Source: Fibrobacterales bacterium
GTDB lineage: Bacteria > Fibrobacterota > Fibrobacteria > Fibrobacterales > JAOPTW01
NCBI GenBank assembly: GCA_051532035.1
Contig: JAOPTW010000013.1
Coordinates: forward strand, 333,345 to 397,344
Length of the DNA: 64,000 bases
Direction of reading: 5' to 3'
A program made the translations under genes and the position numbers. The notes beneath the pieces are model-generated. The model ran no database searches and had not been told where the DNA came from. It worked only from the letters and a program-made list of their open reading frames with translations. This document shows positions 1 to 9,687 of the stretch, one piece after another. How positions within the stretch are numbered: position 1 is the stretch's first letter; the number at the start of each line of letters is the position of its first letter.

Positions 1-1182
1 GGTTTAACGATTAATATTATCTTTTTGTTACCTAATACCGAATTTTAAGTGTCTATTATCAAATTAATTAAAACATGATCAACCTGCATAACTATAGCAT
101 GTAAAGAAATTCAAAAGCAGCCCTCCCCCATTTCACACCTGATAAGGTCTTTCATTCCTGCTTGTGATACGCCTCTTCTGCCTGGCATACTCATTCCGCT
201 ATAATAACGGATAAAAGTAGACTCAAGTAGATGCCGCTATATTGATTGTACCCAAAATATAATAGGAGTGGTGTAGTATGATCACCGTACAAGTGTCAAT
301 CCAATTGGAGTACTTGTTCCATTGATGAGAGAGTATATAGTGGATTTTGAAAAGCCGGTATAGCTCCGAAATTGATCGATGCCCTGATACATTCCATTAT
401 CTATTGCTTGAAGAAGACTATTATGAACATTACTGAAAATAGCTTTTACGGCTTTTTTCTCTCCAACGGTAATTTCTTTACGTTTCCCGCTTAGTATCCG
501 GTAAGTTCGCTCATGGTAACCCCAAGGGCGTCCCTAATTCGCATTAGAAAGATATATGTATACTATTGAAAGAGTCCCCCTTGCCCGAGTTAACACAGGG
601 TCTCTAGCCCAATACCACGACCACATCAAACAACAAATTGTTGCTGGTCCTTATGGTGAGCCATGGATGGAGCACGTACTGAGTACCCCGTTGGATATAT
701 TCCTTAATTATTTGTATCAAAGTGACTACCTGAGCAAAAGGTTTTAGTGTGATGAAAGAAAGAACCAGGATGAGGGAGGTGTGTATAGGAGCACAATAAA
801 GTAGAGGGGGCTTGGTTACCATACGATGCCCGATCGTGGAAGAGTGGCTATATGTGACATACAGACCTATAATGATGATCAAATAACTGAATGTGGAAAA
901 TACTGTTCTACGATAGACAAAGTGAAAAAATACTGTGGCCCTCACTCAAGTCATGACCCTTGCTCCAGTCCATTAGCTGTGTGTGTGCCTGGGTGTTTTT
1001 ATTAGGCAAACACCACTCCCCCATCACCTCCCAAAAACACCAACAATAACCCCATTTTCGTCCAAAATCACCCACCCCACTGAACTCTACGGGTCAAAAT
1101 AACTTACATTTACCTGCGGGGACATACATTATGTGATTTTCACACAATCACCTGATGATATACATACATAGTTGGGGAACTA

Positions 1183-4100
1183 ATGAAACAAAAGTCTAAC
1201 TCTTTTTGGGTGATCTATTCGTGTGCGGTCGCACTCTCAATTGTATTTTATTTTATCTATACCGCACGTCCAGAAGTCGATGGACTCACAAAAGCTACAG
1301 AAACTACGTGGCCTCAACCGCTCCCTGCTGAAAGCGAAGAAGACCGAGAACGTTATGGCGATCATAAACGTCGCCCGTGGACCAAAGAAGAGGCCGCCTT
1401 TAATAAAAAGCGTTATGAAGACATCAGATCTCCTCTGTCAACTACTGCACTTGGTGCTCCAGCTCCTGTACCCACTCTAGAATCTCTCGCTCCTGCAGAA
1501 AAAGATGGATTTATTAACCTTGCAAACAACACCTTTTCTGGTAAATGGACCAGTAGAGGCCCTAAGAACATGCCCGGCGCCTTTCAATTTAGTGAAATAG
1601 ACGAAGGGACAGACACGGTCTATGCTGTCAGTATGGGACATTATGGGGGCGTACAGTTCATCTATAAAGGGACTCTTGCCGGCGATGACTGGAAGATCAT
1701 CAATCCCAAACACCCCTCACGATTTGAGGATCTCATGGTTGTGCCCAATGGTTCTCAGAGGAGAATTATTGCAGGAGAAGAACAAGGAGCTATCATGTAC
1801 TCGGATAATGCGGGAGCAGCCTGGACCTTTTCTACAGGGATTACAAATGGTATCACCAGCACTATTGTTAATAGACAAGACAATCATACCATCTATACTA
1901 CTGATGGCAAATCTATTTACGTTTCATACGACCTTGGTTCAACATTTAGTCTCTTTCAATCTTTTACTATAAACACCCACGCCCGACTGTATACTCCGCG
2001 TTGGGACATACAACCCAATGCATCGGATGTCTATTTTGCCCATGGAAGCACGTTTTACACCCTCAATAGTGCGAAAACTTCTTTTGTACAAACGGGTACA
2101 ATTGCTAGCGGAGCTGAGATTGGCCTTGGTGGAGACACACGCCGACTCTGGATGACCCAAGACAGTAAAGAATGGTACCACAGTGTGGATGGCGGAGCAA
2201 CCTGGAATTATCAAGCAACCGAAAACTGGTGGTACAGCAGTATGAAAGCCAACATGTCTCAAGGCCAGTACCCAGGAATACATCCAGAAAACCCTGATAT
2301 CATTATTGGTGGCTATGCATTTCCACTCTCTTCGCGTAATGCCGGTCAAACAACAAACTCAGATGCAAAAAACTGGTGGGGACACTATCAAAACGCCGTA
2401 GGAAATGATCAACGGGTGCGCATTCACTTTCATCCCGACCACCAAGCATCTCAGTTTTTTTACGATGCATCAGGGACTCTTCTCTCGCTTCGCTCTACTG
2501 ATGGCGGAGTTTTTAAATCATACAATGAGTGGACTAAAACATCTTACCCAACCTTACAATCAATAGAAGACGTCTTTTACAATATCACCCTTTTTAATGC
2601 CCCTACACAAGAGGCGTACCGCGGTGGTTTTATTTCGGGCAAACACAACTCCGATGACATGACTGCCTGTACTCAAGACCAAGGCTGGCAAAACACCCGT
2701 GCCTCAACCTATGGGACTGACCTTCTCTCATGGGACCAAGTGGGCGGTGGTGATGGACCAAACTGTATTTCGGGTGATGGACTTATTGCATGGAGTTATA
2801 ACTATCAAGGGAGCGATAATTTTAAACGTATCGAACTCTATGATGCTTCTGGCACTTACAAAGGACTCTCAGGAGCTACGTCAAGCACCTATAACCCCAA
2901 TTATTCAAAAGGCACCGCCTACTTTACCCCGGGCGTGGGTGATTGGTCAAATGGCGATCTCATATGGACCATGAGCCATAGACTCAGAAAATTCGAATAC
3001 AATGGCGGCGTCATTTCGAGCACAGAACACGACCTCAATGAGAGTCAATATTTTGTGCAAGGGATCGCCCAATCACGAGAAAATCCTGATATTGTATTTG
3101 CCATGGAAAACGGCTATGTGTATACGTCTACAAACCGCGGCGATTCGTGGAGTCAAGTTGCATCGAATAGCGCAACAGGTATAAGTGGTACCCATGGCAT
3201 TGGACGAGGTAATTTTGGTATGGGTTGGGCAATCGACAACCAAACAATTCTCTTTGCAACGGAATCTGGAAGTGCGGTTCACACCATATTTTCAAAAGAC
3301 GGTGGGTATACCTGGACCAATGTCACAGGAACAGGAATTAATTCCTTCCCGTCAGCTTCGGTCAATGGTATGACTGCCAATGAAGCTGGCACACTCATTT
3401 TCGCATCTACCACTGCAGGACCCTATGTATTTGTAGTCGCCGAAGAACACTGGTATCCCCTGGCGCTCCAAGGATCAGTACCCATTTTCTCTGGGCAGGT
3501 AGCCACCACGGTCAAAAAGGACGATTCCGAGATTATACGTTTCTCCACTTGGGGGCAAGGCATTTGGGATCTCACTTTAGCGCCTGTGATTCCCACACTT
3601 GATATTACAAGCACAACTCCTAATGTACTTATAACTACTCAAGACTCTATCACCTTACACTGGAGCTCCAATCAGTTAGAGTATGTTATCGTAACACTCA
3701 ACCGTACTGACTCTCTACCCGATACCCTTGGTATTGCTGCAACCCAAACGGGATCATTCACTTGGCCCATTTCTGACTCCCTTATCAACGCTGATTCATT
3801 TTCACTCCGCATTCAACACAGTGTATCTCTCACCTATGATGAGACCGAAGTATATACCATTATCCCTCCTGATGTAAACATTGCCCTCAACAAAGAGAGT
3901 ATCGTATCATCCACCAATGAAGCTGACAGCAATTCCTTTGTGAACGATGGTGATTCTGACAACTACTGGCGCAGCGACGCAACAACGAGCGACCAATGGG
4001 TAGCCATAGATCTCGAAGATACATTCCACATTGGTGTGATAGTTATAGAATGGGGAGCGATTCTCCCGGAAACCTATACTATAGAAATGTATGATGATTC

Positions 4101-4644
4101 AAGTAACTGGATAGCACTCACCTCTGATTTAAAGCCTACGAACCCTGTAGATATACTCAATCTTAACACAGGCTTTACCAATGGTATTCGTATCCGCAGC
4201 ACGCACACAGAGCTCAACGCATCAGCCATTGTAGAGCTCACGATACACGAAATACGTATCTATGAAAACCAAAACCCAATACTCCCTCTCTCATCGTCTG
4301 AGGCCGAAGAGCTTTCCAGTAGTTCGAGCGGCCTCTTTGACAGCTCAATAGGATACACTCAAGATGGCGCGGGATCAAGCAGTGAGGGTGAGTTTACTAG
4401 AGAAGAAAGCTCTGATGAACCCTCACCCATTTCAAGAATAGTTTATCAAAAAGGTTTGTATTCGATGATCGTGAATACAGTAGACTATACTGACCGGAGC
4501 ATCACAGTCCCTGAGTCAGTAACATCCTATGAAATATATACCATTCATGGAGAGCGTATCAAATCTGGAACGGTACACAATGGCACCATTACCTTTTCGA
4601 AAGACATACCACAAGCCCTCCTCTTTATACAGTTTAACCAGTAG
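1183..4644 (+). CDS. Exported BNR/Asp-box repeat beta-propeller protein (VPS10/xyloglucanase-like) with F5/8 type C domain, Ser-rich linker and T9SS-like C-terminal domain
   Basis: N-terminal hydrophobic segment. Asp-boxes SDNAGAAW, SYDLGSTF, SVDGGATW, STNRGDSW, SKDGGYTW. Discoidin motif NIALNK...DGDSDNYWRS...QWVAIDL. C-terminal EIYTIHGERI. Confidence 0.8.
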   Translation: MKQKSNSFWVIYSCAVALSIVFYFIYTARPEVDGLTKATETTWPQPLPAESEEDRERYGDHKRRPWTKEEAAFNKKRYEDIRSPLSTTALGAPAPVPTLESLAPAEKDGFINLANNTFSGKWTSRGPKNMPGAFQFSEIDEGTDTVYAVSMGHYGGVQFIYKGTLAGDDWKIINPKHPSRFEDLMVVPNGSQRRIIAGEEQGAIMYSDNAGAAWTFSTGITNGITSTIVNRQDNHTIYTTDGKSIYVSYDLGSTFSLFQSFTINTHARLYTPRWDIQPNASDVYFAHGSTFYTLNSAKTSFVQTGTIASGAEIGLGGDTRRLWMTQDSKEWYHSVDGGATWNYQATENWWYSSMKANMSQGQYPGIHPENPDIIIGGYAFPLSSRNAGQTTNSDAKNWWGHYQNAVGNDQRVRIHFHPDHQASQFFYDASGTLLSLRSTDGGVFKSYNEWTKTSYPTLQSIEDVFYNITLFNAPTQEAYRGGFISGKHNSDDMTACTQDQGWQNTRASTYGTDLLSWDQVGGGDGPNCISGDGLIAWSYNYQGSDNFKRIELYDASGTYKGLSGATSSTYNPNYSKGTAYFTPGVGDWSNGDLIWTMSHRLRKFEYNGGVISSTEHDLNESQYFVQGIAQSRENPDIVFAMENGYVYTSTNRGDSWSQVASNSATGISGTHGIGRGNFGMGWAIDNQTILFATESGSAVHTIFSKDGGYTWTNVTGTGINSFPSASVNGMTANEAGTLIFASTTAGPYVFVVAEEHWYPLALQGSVPIFSGQVATTVKKDDSEIIRFSTWGQGIWDLTLAPVIPTLDITSTTPNVLITTQDSITLHWSSNQLEYVIVTLNRTDSLPDTLGIAATQTGSFTWPISDSLINADSFSLRIQHSVSLTYDETEVYTIIPPDVNIALNKESIVSSTNEADSNSFVNDGDSDNYWRSDATTSDQWVAIDLEDTFHIGVIVIEWGAILPETYTIEMYDDSSNWIALTSDLKPTNPVDILNLNTGFTNGIRIRSTHTELNASAIVELTIHEIRIYENQNPILPLSSSEAEELSSSSSGLFDSSIGYTQDGAGSSSEGEFTREESSDEPSPISRIVYQKGLYSMIVNTVDYTDRSITVPESVTSYEIYTIHGERIKSGTVHNGTITFSKDIPQALLFIQFNQ

Positions 4645-4688
4645 AGTTGCACAACGATACACACGTTAATGAGAGAATAGAGATACCT

Positions 4689-5207
4689 ATGGCAGAAAAC
4701 AAGAATACATTAAAGACCATCAGAAAAGTTCACCTCTGGCTATCACTGATTGTTATGGTTCCCCTGGTCATTGTCTCGACAACTGGTCTCATTCTCATGT
4801 TCAAAAAGCAGATTGAATGGATTCAACCGCCAACCCATTTGGGAACAACCCAGTCCTTTACCCTCACCCCCGAACAAATTCTTGAAGCCTGTCGTATAGA
4901 CCCACGAACAACCATAACAGAATGGAATAACATACGACGACTTGATGTGCGGCCTCACAAAGGGATCATTAAAGTACAGGGCCCGGATAACATTGAAGTA
5001 CAACTGGATGCTGCAACAGGAAATATCCTGCATATTCAAGAGCGCAACTCTGACCTTATAGAAAATATTCACGATGGTTCATATTTTGGAGACACTACCA
5101 AATATGCACTCTTCTTAGTTGCTGAACTTTTCTTTGTACTTCAACTTATTACGGGTATCTATTTGTTTGTTGTGTACGCGAAGAGAAAGCATAAAAAAAG
5201 AGTTTAA
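4689..5207 (+). CDS. PepSY-associated TM helix / PepSY domain membrane protein
   Basis: RKVHLWLSL...TGL helix, IENIHDGSYFG and C-terminal ITGIYL. Start moved to ATG 4689 (ORF track starts at 4647). Confidence 0.8.
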   Translation: MAENKNTLKTIRKVHLWLSLIVMVPLVIVSTTGLILMFKKQIEWIQPPTHLGTTQSFTLTPEQILEACRIDPRTTITEWNNIRRLDVRPHKGIIKVQGPDNIEVQLDAATGNILHIQERNSDLIENIHDGSYFGDTTKYALFLVAELFFVLQLITGIYLFVVYAKRKHKKRV

Positions 5208-5320
5208 AAACTCATTTTCCCCAACGTTAATACTGCATTTACCACAAAGCGAACGACTCATTCCCCCCAATAGAAGCAAATATATTTTTACATTTAAGTT
5301 TTAATCATCTGGAGACACCA

Positions 5321-6124
5321 ATGAATTTATCATTCTTACCTATATTACTCATAACAGCCCTATTATCACTGATGGGCTGTAATCCTTTTTCAGAATCAAG
5401 CAGTGCATCCACAATCGGCAGCACTGATCCACTCTCTTCTAATGAAGATCAACCAACAAGCCTTGTTGATAGCCCCGAATCAATAAGTGACATACTCTAT
5501 AATGTTACAACCGTCTATAAAGAAGCACGAAGTTATAAAGATACAGGGAGAGAATATACTTACTATTTCGACATCGGTGAAACAGAATCAAACCAAAGTA
5601 ATGAATCGAAATTTTCTACAAGCTTTAAGAATAATGGTCAATTTAGGTTTGTCCATGAAACTGGCGAATGGAGTTATTTTATAATACACCGAGATCAGGA
5701 TTCAACGATGCAACATTGGTGGAACCTTAGTGACTCTCTTTTACAAGACTTTGAATCTCTTTCTACAATGTTAGCAGTTATGGTTGGAGTAACAAGTGGC
5801 ACATCATATAATATCTCATCAATGCTATTACCGTCCAATAGCCCTTTTGCAAGAAACTTTTTTGATATGTACCCTCCTCAAATTCAATTAGACGATTCAG
5901 ATATTCGTGGGGATGAATGTTATGCATTAAAGCATACCGAACCTGAAGATGGTGATATTACCATACTTTATTTTCGAAAAAGAGATTATCTTCTTCTCAG
6001 AATTGAACAAGAATCCTTTTTTAGCGACTTCAGAACCGAAAGCTTCGTAGATTATTACCCTACCATTAATGAAACTCTTTCAGAAGACGATTTTGAGTAC
6101 ACTATCCCTGATGAATACTTATAG
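5321..6124 (+). CDS. Lipoprotein, LolA-like/DUF2092-like fold
   Basis: Lipobox LMGC, short Ser-rich linker, YKEARSYKDTG, and C-terminal YPTINETLSEDDFEY typical of LolA-like proteins. Confidence 0.55.
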   Translation: MNLSFLPILLITALLSLMGCNPFSESSSASTIGSTDPLSSNEDQPTSLVDSPESISDILYNVTTVYKEARSYKDTGREYTYYFDIGETESNQSNESKFSTSFKNNGQFRFVHETGEWSYFIIHRDQDSTMQHWWNLSDSLLQDFESLSTMLAVMVGVTSGTSYNISSMLLPSNSPFARNFFDMYPPQIQLDDSDIRGDECYALKHTEPEDGDITILYFRKRDYLLLRIEQESFFSDFRTESFVDYYPTINETLSEDDFEYTIPDEYL

Positions 6125-6358
6125 ATAAGCAAACATTTCTCTAATCAAACATATTCATCGGTAACGTTTTCTGCTGATGAATACTATTTTAAAGAAAGCA
6201 TATCTTAGTGTTTCCTGTCCCCTTATCATACTGAATCCAATTAGTATAATTATACCGGGACACATGCACACTATTGATTTTCAGAAAAAAGGAGAGCGGG
6301 TAATTCTGCCTCTACTCAATAGTATTGTTCCTTTTAACTACCATAAAAAGGAAAGTAA

Positions 6359-7888
6359 ATGACACTATTTAAACAATTACAATTAACACTCATAACTGGC
6401 TTAATGCTTGGAACAACAGCATTTGGCGGGTATCAACTCTCTGAACTACCAACACCAGACATCAGAAACCCTAAATACTCACATGCGCTCGAAAATGGAG
6501 TCGTTTACTGGGGGGGAGAGCCATCAGAAGAGGTATCTTGGTCGGATATTTTTAAGTCAACTCAAAATGAATATACCAATATCAGCAACACTCCTGATAC
6601 TTGGGAGCACTATAAAGCGATAGATGGTGAGACCTATGTCTATCAACAAGATCGTACGGTCTTTTACTTTAATGGGACAGAAGACATCACCATACTCACT
6701 GACATCGGTTTCTCTATGGGTCCTATGGATCTTGATAATGGTCAATTTGTTTTTACCAGCTATGATGGTGACGATTCAGAAATCATGCTCTATGACGGCT
6801 CCAATCTTATTCAGATTACGGATAATGATCGTGATGATACTAGCCCAAAAATCAGTAATGGTGAGATTGTTTGGGTCTCTTATGACTACCCTACCCCAGG
6901 GTCATTTATCCACCATTATTCAAATGGCGTAACCACAACTATTTCTGACATTGGCACCAATGATAAACCTGATATTGAGAATGGTACTATCGTATGGCAA
7001 GGACCAGGAATTGAGGATGAAACAGATATTTTCCGCTATAAAGATGGCATCACCAAAAATCTGAGTGTCAGTGGGTACCACGATCAAGAGCCTCAGATCT
7101 CTGAAGGCCAAGTTGCATGGAAAAGCCGCTACTACCACTTTACTGCTGAAAAGGTAAATATAGAACATTTCGAAATCATGTTCTATGATGGGCAAACAAC
7201 CACATCTATTACTAGTCAGGATCTGAACTATGATGATTTTGACTTAAACAATGGCGAAATTGCGATCTCTGCATACTCTAAAGAAGATTACATCGGGTCT
7301 ATTCATCACTGGGATGGCATAGCTCTTCACACAATTTCAAATAATGATGACGGCACATCACGCCGCAGTCCAATGGTTGAGAATGGTTTGATTGTTTGGG
7401 ACGAGTGGAGTTCAGAGAACGGTTCAAGAATTATGACTGCACGTAAAACTGATTTTAACCCTGAAGCGACCTATGCGCTTATATCACGCAGCAGTGGAAG
7501 AGCACTTGAAGTAGATACACAAAGCGCCCAATGGAACGGTGGCTATATACAAATTTGGGATTACTATGGTGGCGACAATCAACTCTGGAACATAATCCCA
7601 ACTGAAGCAGGATATAAACTGATCAATAACCGTTCGGGTAAAGCACTTGATGTTGCAGGACTCGCTACTTATAATGGTGGTACTATCCATCAGTGGGATT
7701 ACGTTGGTGGCCAAAATCAGCAGTGGAACTTCACGCACCAAGGTGATGGCTCATACAGTATCGTAAACCTCCTCAGCGGCAAAGCGGTGGACGTTAAAGA
7801 CAACGGTACATGGAATGGAAACGCTATCCAACAATGGGATTTCCACGGTAACGATAATCAAAAATGGGATATAATTATTGTAGAATAG
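6359..7888 (+). CDS. Secreted beta-propeller repeat protein with C-terminal ricin B-type lectin (CBM13-like) domain
   Basis: Signal peptide. About 40-aa repeats with P-x-I-x-NG-x-IVW. Three ricin subdomains (SGxALxV...Q-W-D...NQ-x-W). Confidence 0.8.
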   Translation: MTLFKQLQLTLITGLMLGTTAFGGYQLSELPTPDIRNPKYSHALENGVVYWGGEPSEEVSWSDIFKSTQNEYTNISNTPDTWEHYKAIDGETYVYQQDRTVFYFNGTEDITILTDIGFSMGPMDLDNGQFVFTSYDGDDSEIMLYDGSNLIQITDNDRDDTSPKISNGEIVWVSYDYPTPGSFIHHYSNGVTTTISDIGTNDKPDIENGTIVWQGPGIEDETDIFRYKDGITKNLSVSGYHDQEPQISEGQVAWKSRYYHFTAEKVNIEHFEIMFYDGQTTTSITSQDLNYDDFDLNNGEIAISAYSKEDYIGSIHHWDGIALHTISNNDDGTSRRSPMVENGLIVWDEWSSENGSRIMTARKTDFNPEATYALISRSSGRALEVDTQSAQWNGGYIQIWDYYGGDNQLWNIIPTEAGYKLINNRSGKALDVAGLATYNGGTIHQWDYVGGQNQQWNFTHQGDGSYSIVNLLSGKAVDVKDNGTWNGNAIQQWDFHGNDNQKWDIIIVE

Positions 7889-7909
7889 TTATGCTCATTT
7901 ATTGAAATT

Positions 7910-7946
7910 ATAAAGGCCACCTAATCATAGGTGGCCTTTATGTTTT
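7910..7946. terminator. Probable bidirectional intrinsic terminator
   Basis: Perfect stem ATAAAGGCCACCT / AGGTGGCCTTTAT between convergent genes, followed by GTTTT. Confidence 0.75.
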
Positions 7947-7999
7947 CCGTGATTTAAACTCGAAAAGATGGTTTTGTTATATTCCCATTACTTAAGAGT

Positions 8000-8959
8000 C
8001 TATTTCCATTTAGTTATGCGCCATTCTTTCTGTTCATCTTCAGAAAGGAATGACCATGCTACAATGCGACTCGATTTATTACCCGTGCCCATGGGAATTG
8101 TTTTGACCTGAACCGCGCCAGCTCTATCGAGCAACTTATAAAAACCTTTCAGGTTAGATTGTTTTGATACTAAGGTCGTAAACCAGTAACAGTTTGTAGA
8201 GAATTTTTCACTTTCGCCAATCATATTCTTAACGAATTTATATTCTCCACCCGCATAGATAAGTTCACTACTGATTCCAGAAAAGTTACGTTCAGGCATC
8301 ACTTCTTTTCTGCCCGACAAATTATGGACTTTTCTTCGTGTTCCTTTTTGAGCTTCTTCGATAGAAGAATGAAAAGGAGGGTTACAGACCACCATATCAA
8401 TTGAATCAAATTTACTGATAATGCCATGAAAAAAGTTTCGTGCATTGTCTTGTAATCTGCATTGGATGCTGTCTTTTATTGATGGATTCGACTTCACAAT
8501 GTTTTGAGCAGATGCAACTGACCTTGGATCAGTATCAGATCCGATAAATTTCCAGTTATATTCCGTAACTCCAATAATTGGATAAATACAACTTGCTCCT
8601 ACACCAATATCAAGACAGGTAATTGATTTACCTGTTGGAACTGTACCCGCATTTTTTTCGCCTAATAAATCAGCAACATGATGAATGTAATCGGCTCTGC
8701 CTGGTATTGGCGGACATAAGTTCTCATCAGGGAATTCCCAGTTCTTAATTCCATAATAGTATTTAAGTAACCCTTGGTTTAACAACTTTACCGCAGCAGG
8801 GTTTGCAAAATCGACTGATTTTACCCCAAATTTGTTTGGTATTATATACTGTGCTAATTCAGGCACAGAAGTAATTAATGCGTTTAAGTCGTAGTTTTCT
8901 CGGTTTTTATTTCGAGAATGGAGTCTTGCTTTTTCTTGTTGTTTTTTTTCTAAAGCCAT
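8000..8959 (-). CDS. rlmF: 23S rRNA (adenine1618-N6)-methyltransferase
   Basis: LCPPIPGRADYIHH, LDIGVGASCIYP, CNPPFH, GGEYKF and MGTGNKSSRIVAW motifs. Start chosen at MALEKK. Confidence 0.93.
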   Translation of the reverse strand: MALEKKQQEKARLHSRNKNRENYDLNALITSVPELAQYIIPNKFGVKSVDFANPAAVKLLNQGLLKYYYGIKNWEFPDENLCPPIPGRADYIHHVADLLGEKNAGTVPTGKSITCLDIGVGASCIYPIIGVTEYNWKFIGSDTDPRSVASAQNIVKSNPSIKDSIQCRLQDNARNFFHGIISKFDSIDMVVCNPPFHSSIEEAQKGTRRKVHNLSGRKEVMPERNFSGISSELIYAGGEYKFVKNMIGESEKFSTNCYWFTTLVSKQSNLKGFYKLLDRAGAVQVKTIPMGTGNKSSRIVAWSFLSEDEQKEWRITKWK

Positions 8960-9125
8960 AATGTACCGTAATTTCATATGTAGAATAGTTACACTTCTAC
9001 CACTCAATGCTTCACTATGCATAACGCTATTATATAGGCAGAACTTTTTTCAAAGGTAAAAAATTATAGTCCAAATAGCCTCATAAATACCCATTTTGAC
9101 TAGAGAGCCACCGGTGATTCTTCAA

Positions 9126-9470
9126 TTATAGCTCATTATACTTCTTGTTGGACCCTTTTGCCTTTTCAACAGGGTACTTTTTGCTGTTTTTCTCCATTTT
9201 TCGCTTAACAGCCTCATTGAGGTCAATCCCTAAATCATTGCTTATATACGCGAGATAGACGAATATATCAGCCAGTTCATCGCTAATGGCTTCAGCCTTA
9301 TTTTCTATGGTTTCTGACAATTCTTGTTTATTCTTCCACAAAAAGAGTTCTTGTAACTCAGCGACTTCAATCCCCAAGCCCAGACATTGATCTTTAATCG
9401 TGTGGAATTGTTCCCAATCACGGTCATTTCTGAACTTTAATATTGCATCCATTGTCTCTTGTTTGATCAT
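9126..9470 (-). CDS. MazG-like nucleotide pyrophosphohydrolase (dCTPase-like)
   Basis: FRNDRDWEQFH, EVAEL, DELADI and KYPVEKAKG motifs. Confidence 0.9.
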   Translation of the reverse strand: MIKQETMDAILKFRNDRDWEQFHTIKDQCLGLGIEVAELQELFLWKNKQELSETIENKAEAISDELADIFVYLAYISNDLGIDLNEAVKRKMEKNSKKYPVEKAKGSNKKYNEL

Positions 9471-9687
9471 ATTGTCTTTTCACCCAACATTCAGTTTCAG
9501 CAAAGGTAAAATATTTTTATTAAATCCTGCTTGTATTTCAGGATATTAGCTTTAGCGCCTACAACCACACTCATAAAGTGTAACAAACTGTATTATTTTC
9601 CAAAAGAGCTCCATCGGGGAGCTACACTTGCTACATAGTTTATTGCATAAAATCTATAATGCGTACTACAACTTTCGGAGAGCGAGC

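Noticed and set aside
250..747. Possible decayed gene (fragments MPDTFHYLLLEEDYYEH, SGKFAHGNPKG and the 63-aa ORF 556-747), faintly nucleotidyltransferase-like
   Set aside because: Many stops and frame changes; the similarity is too weak to support without a search.
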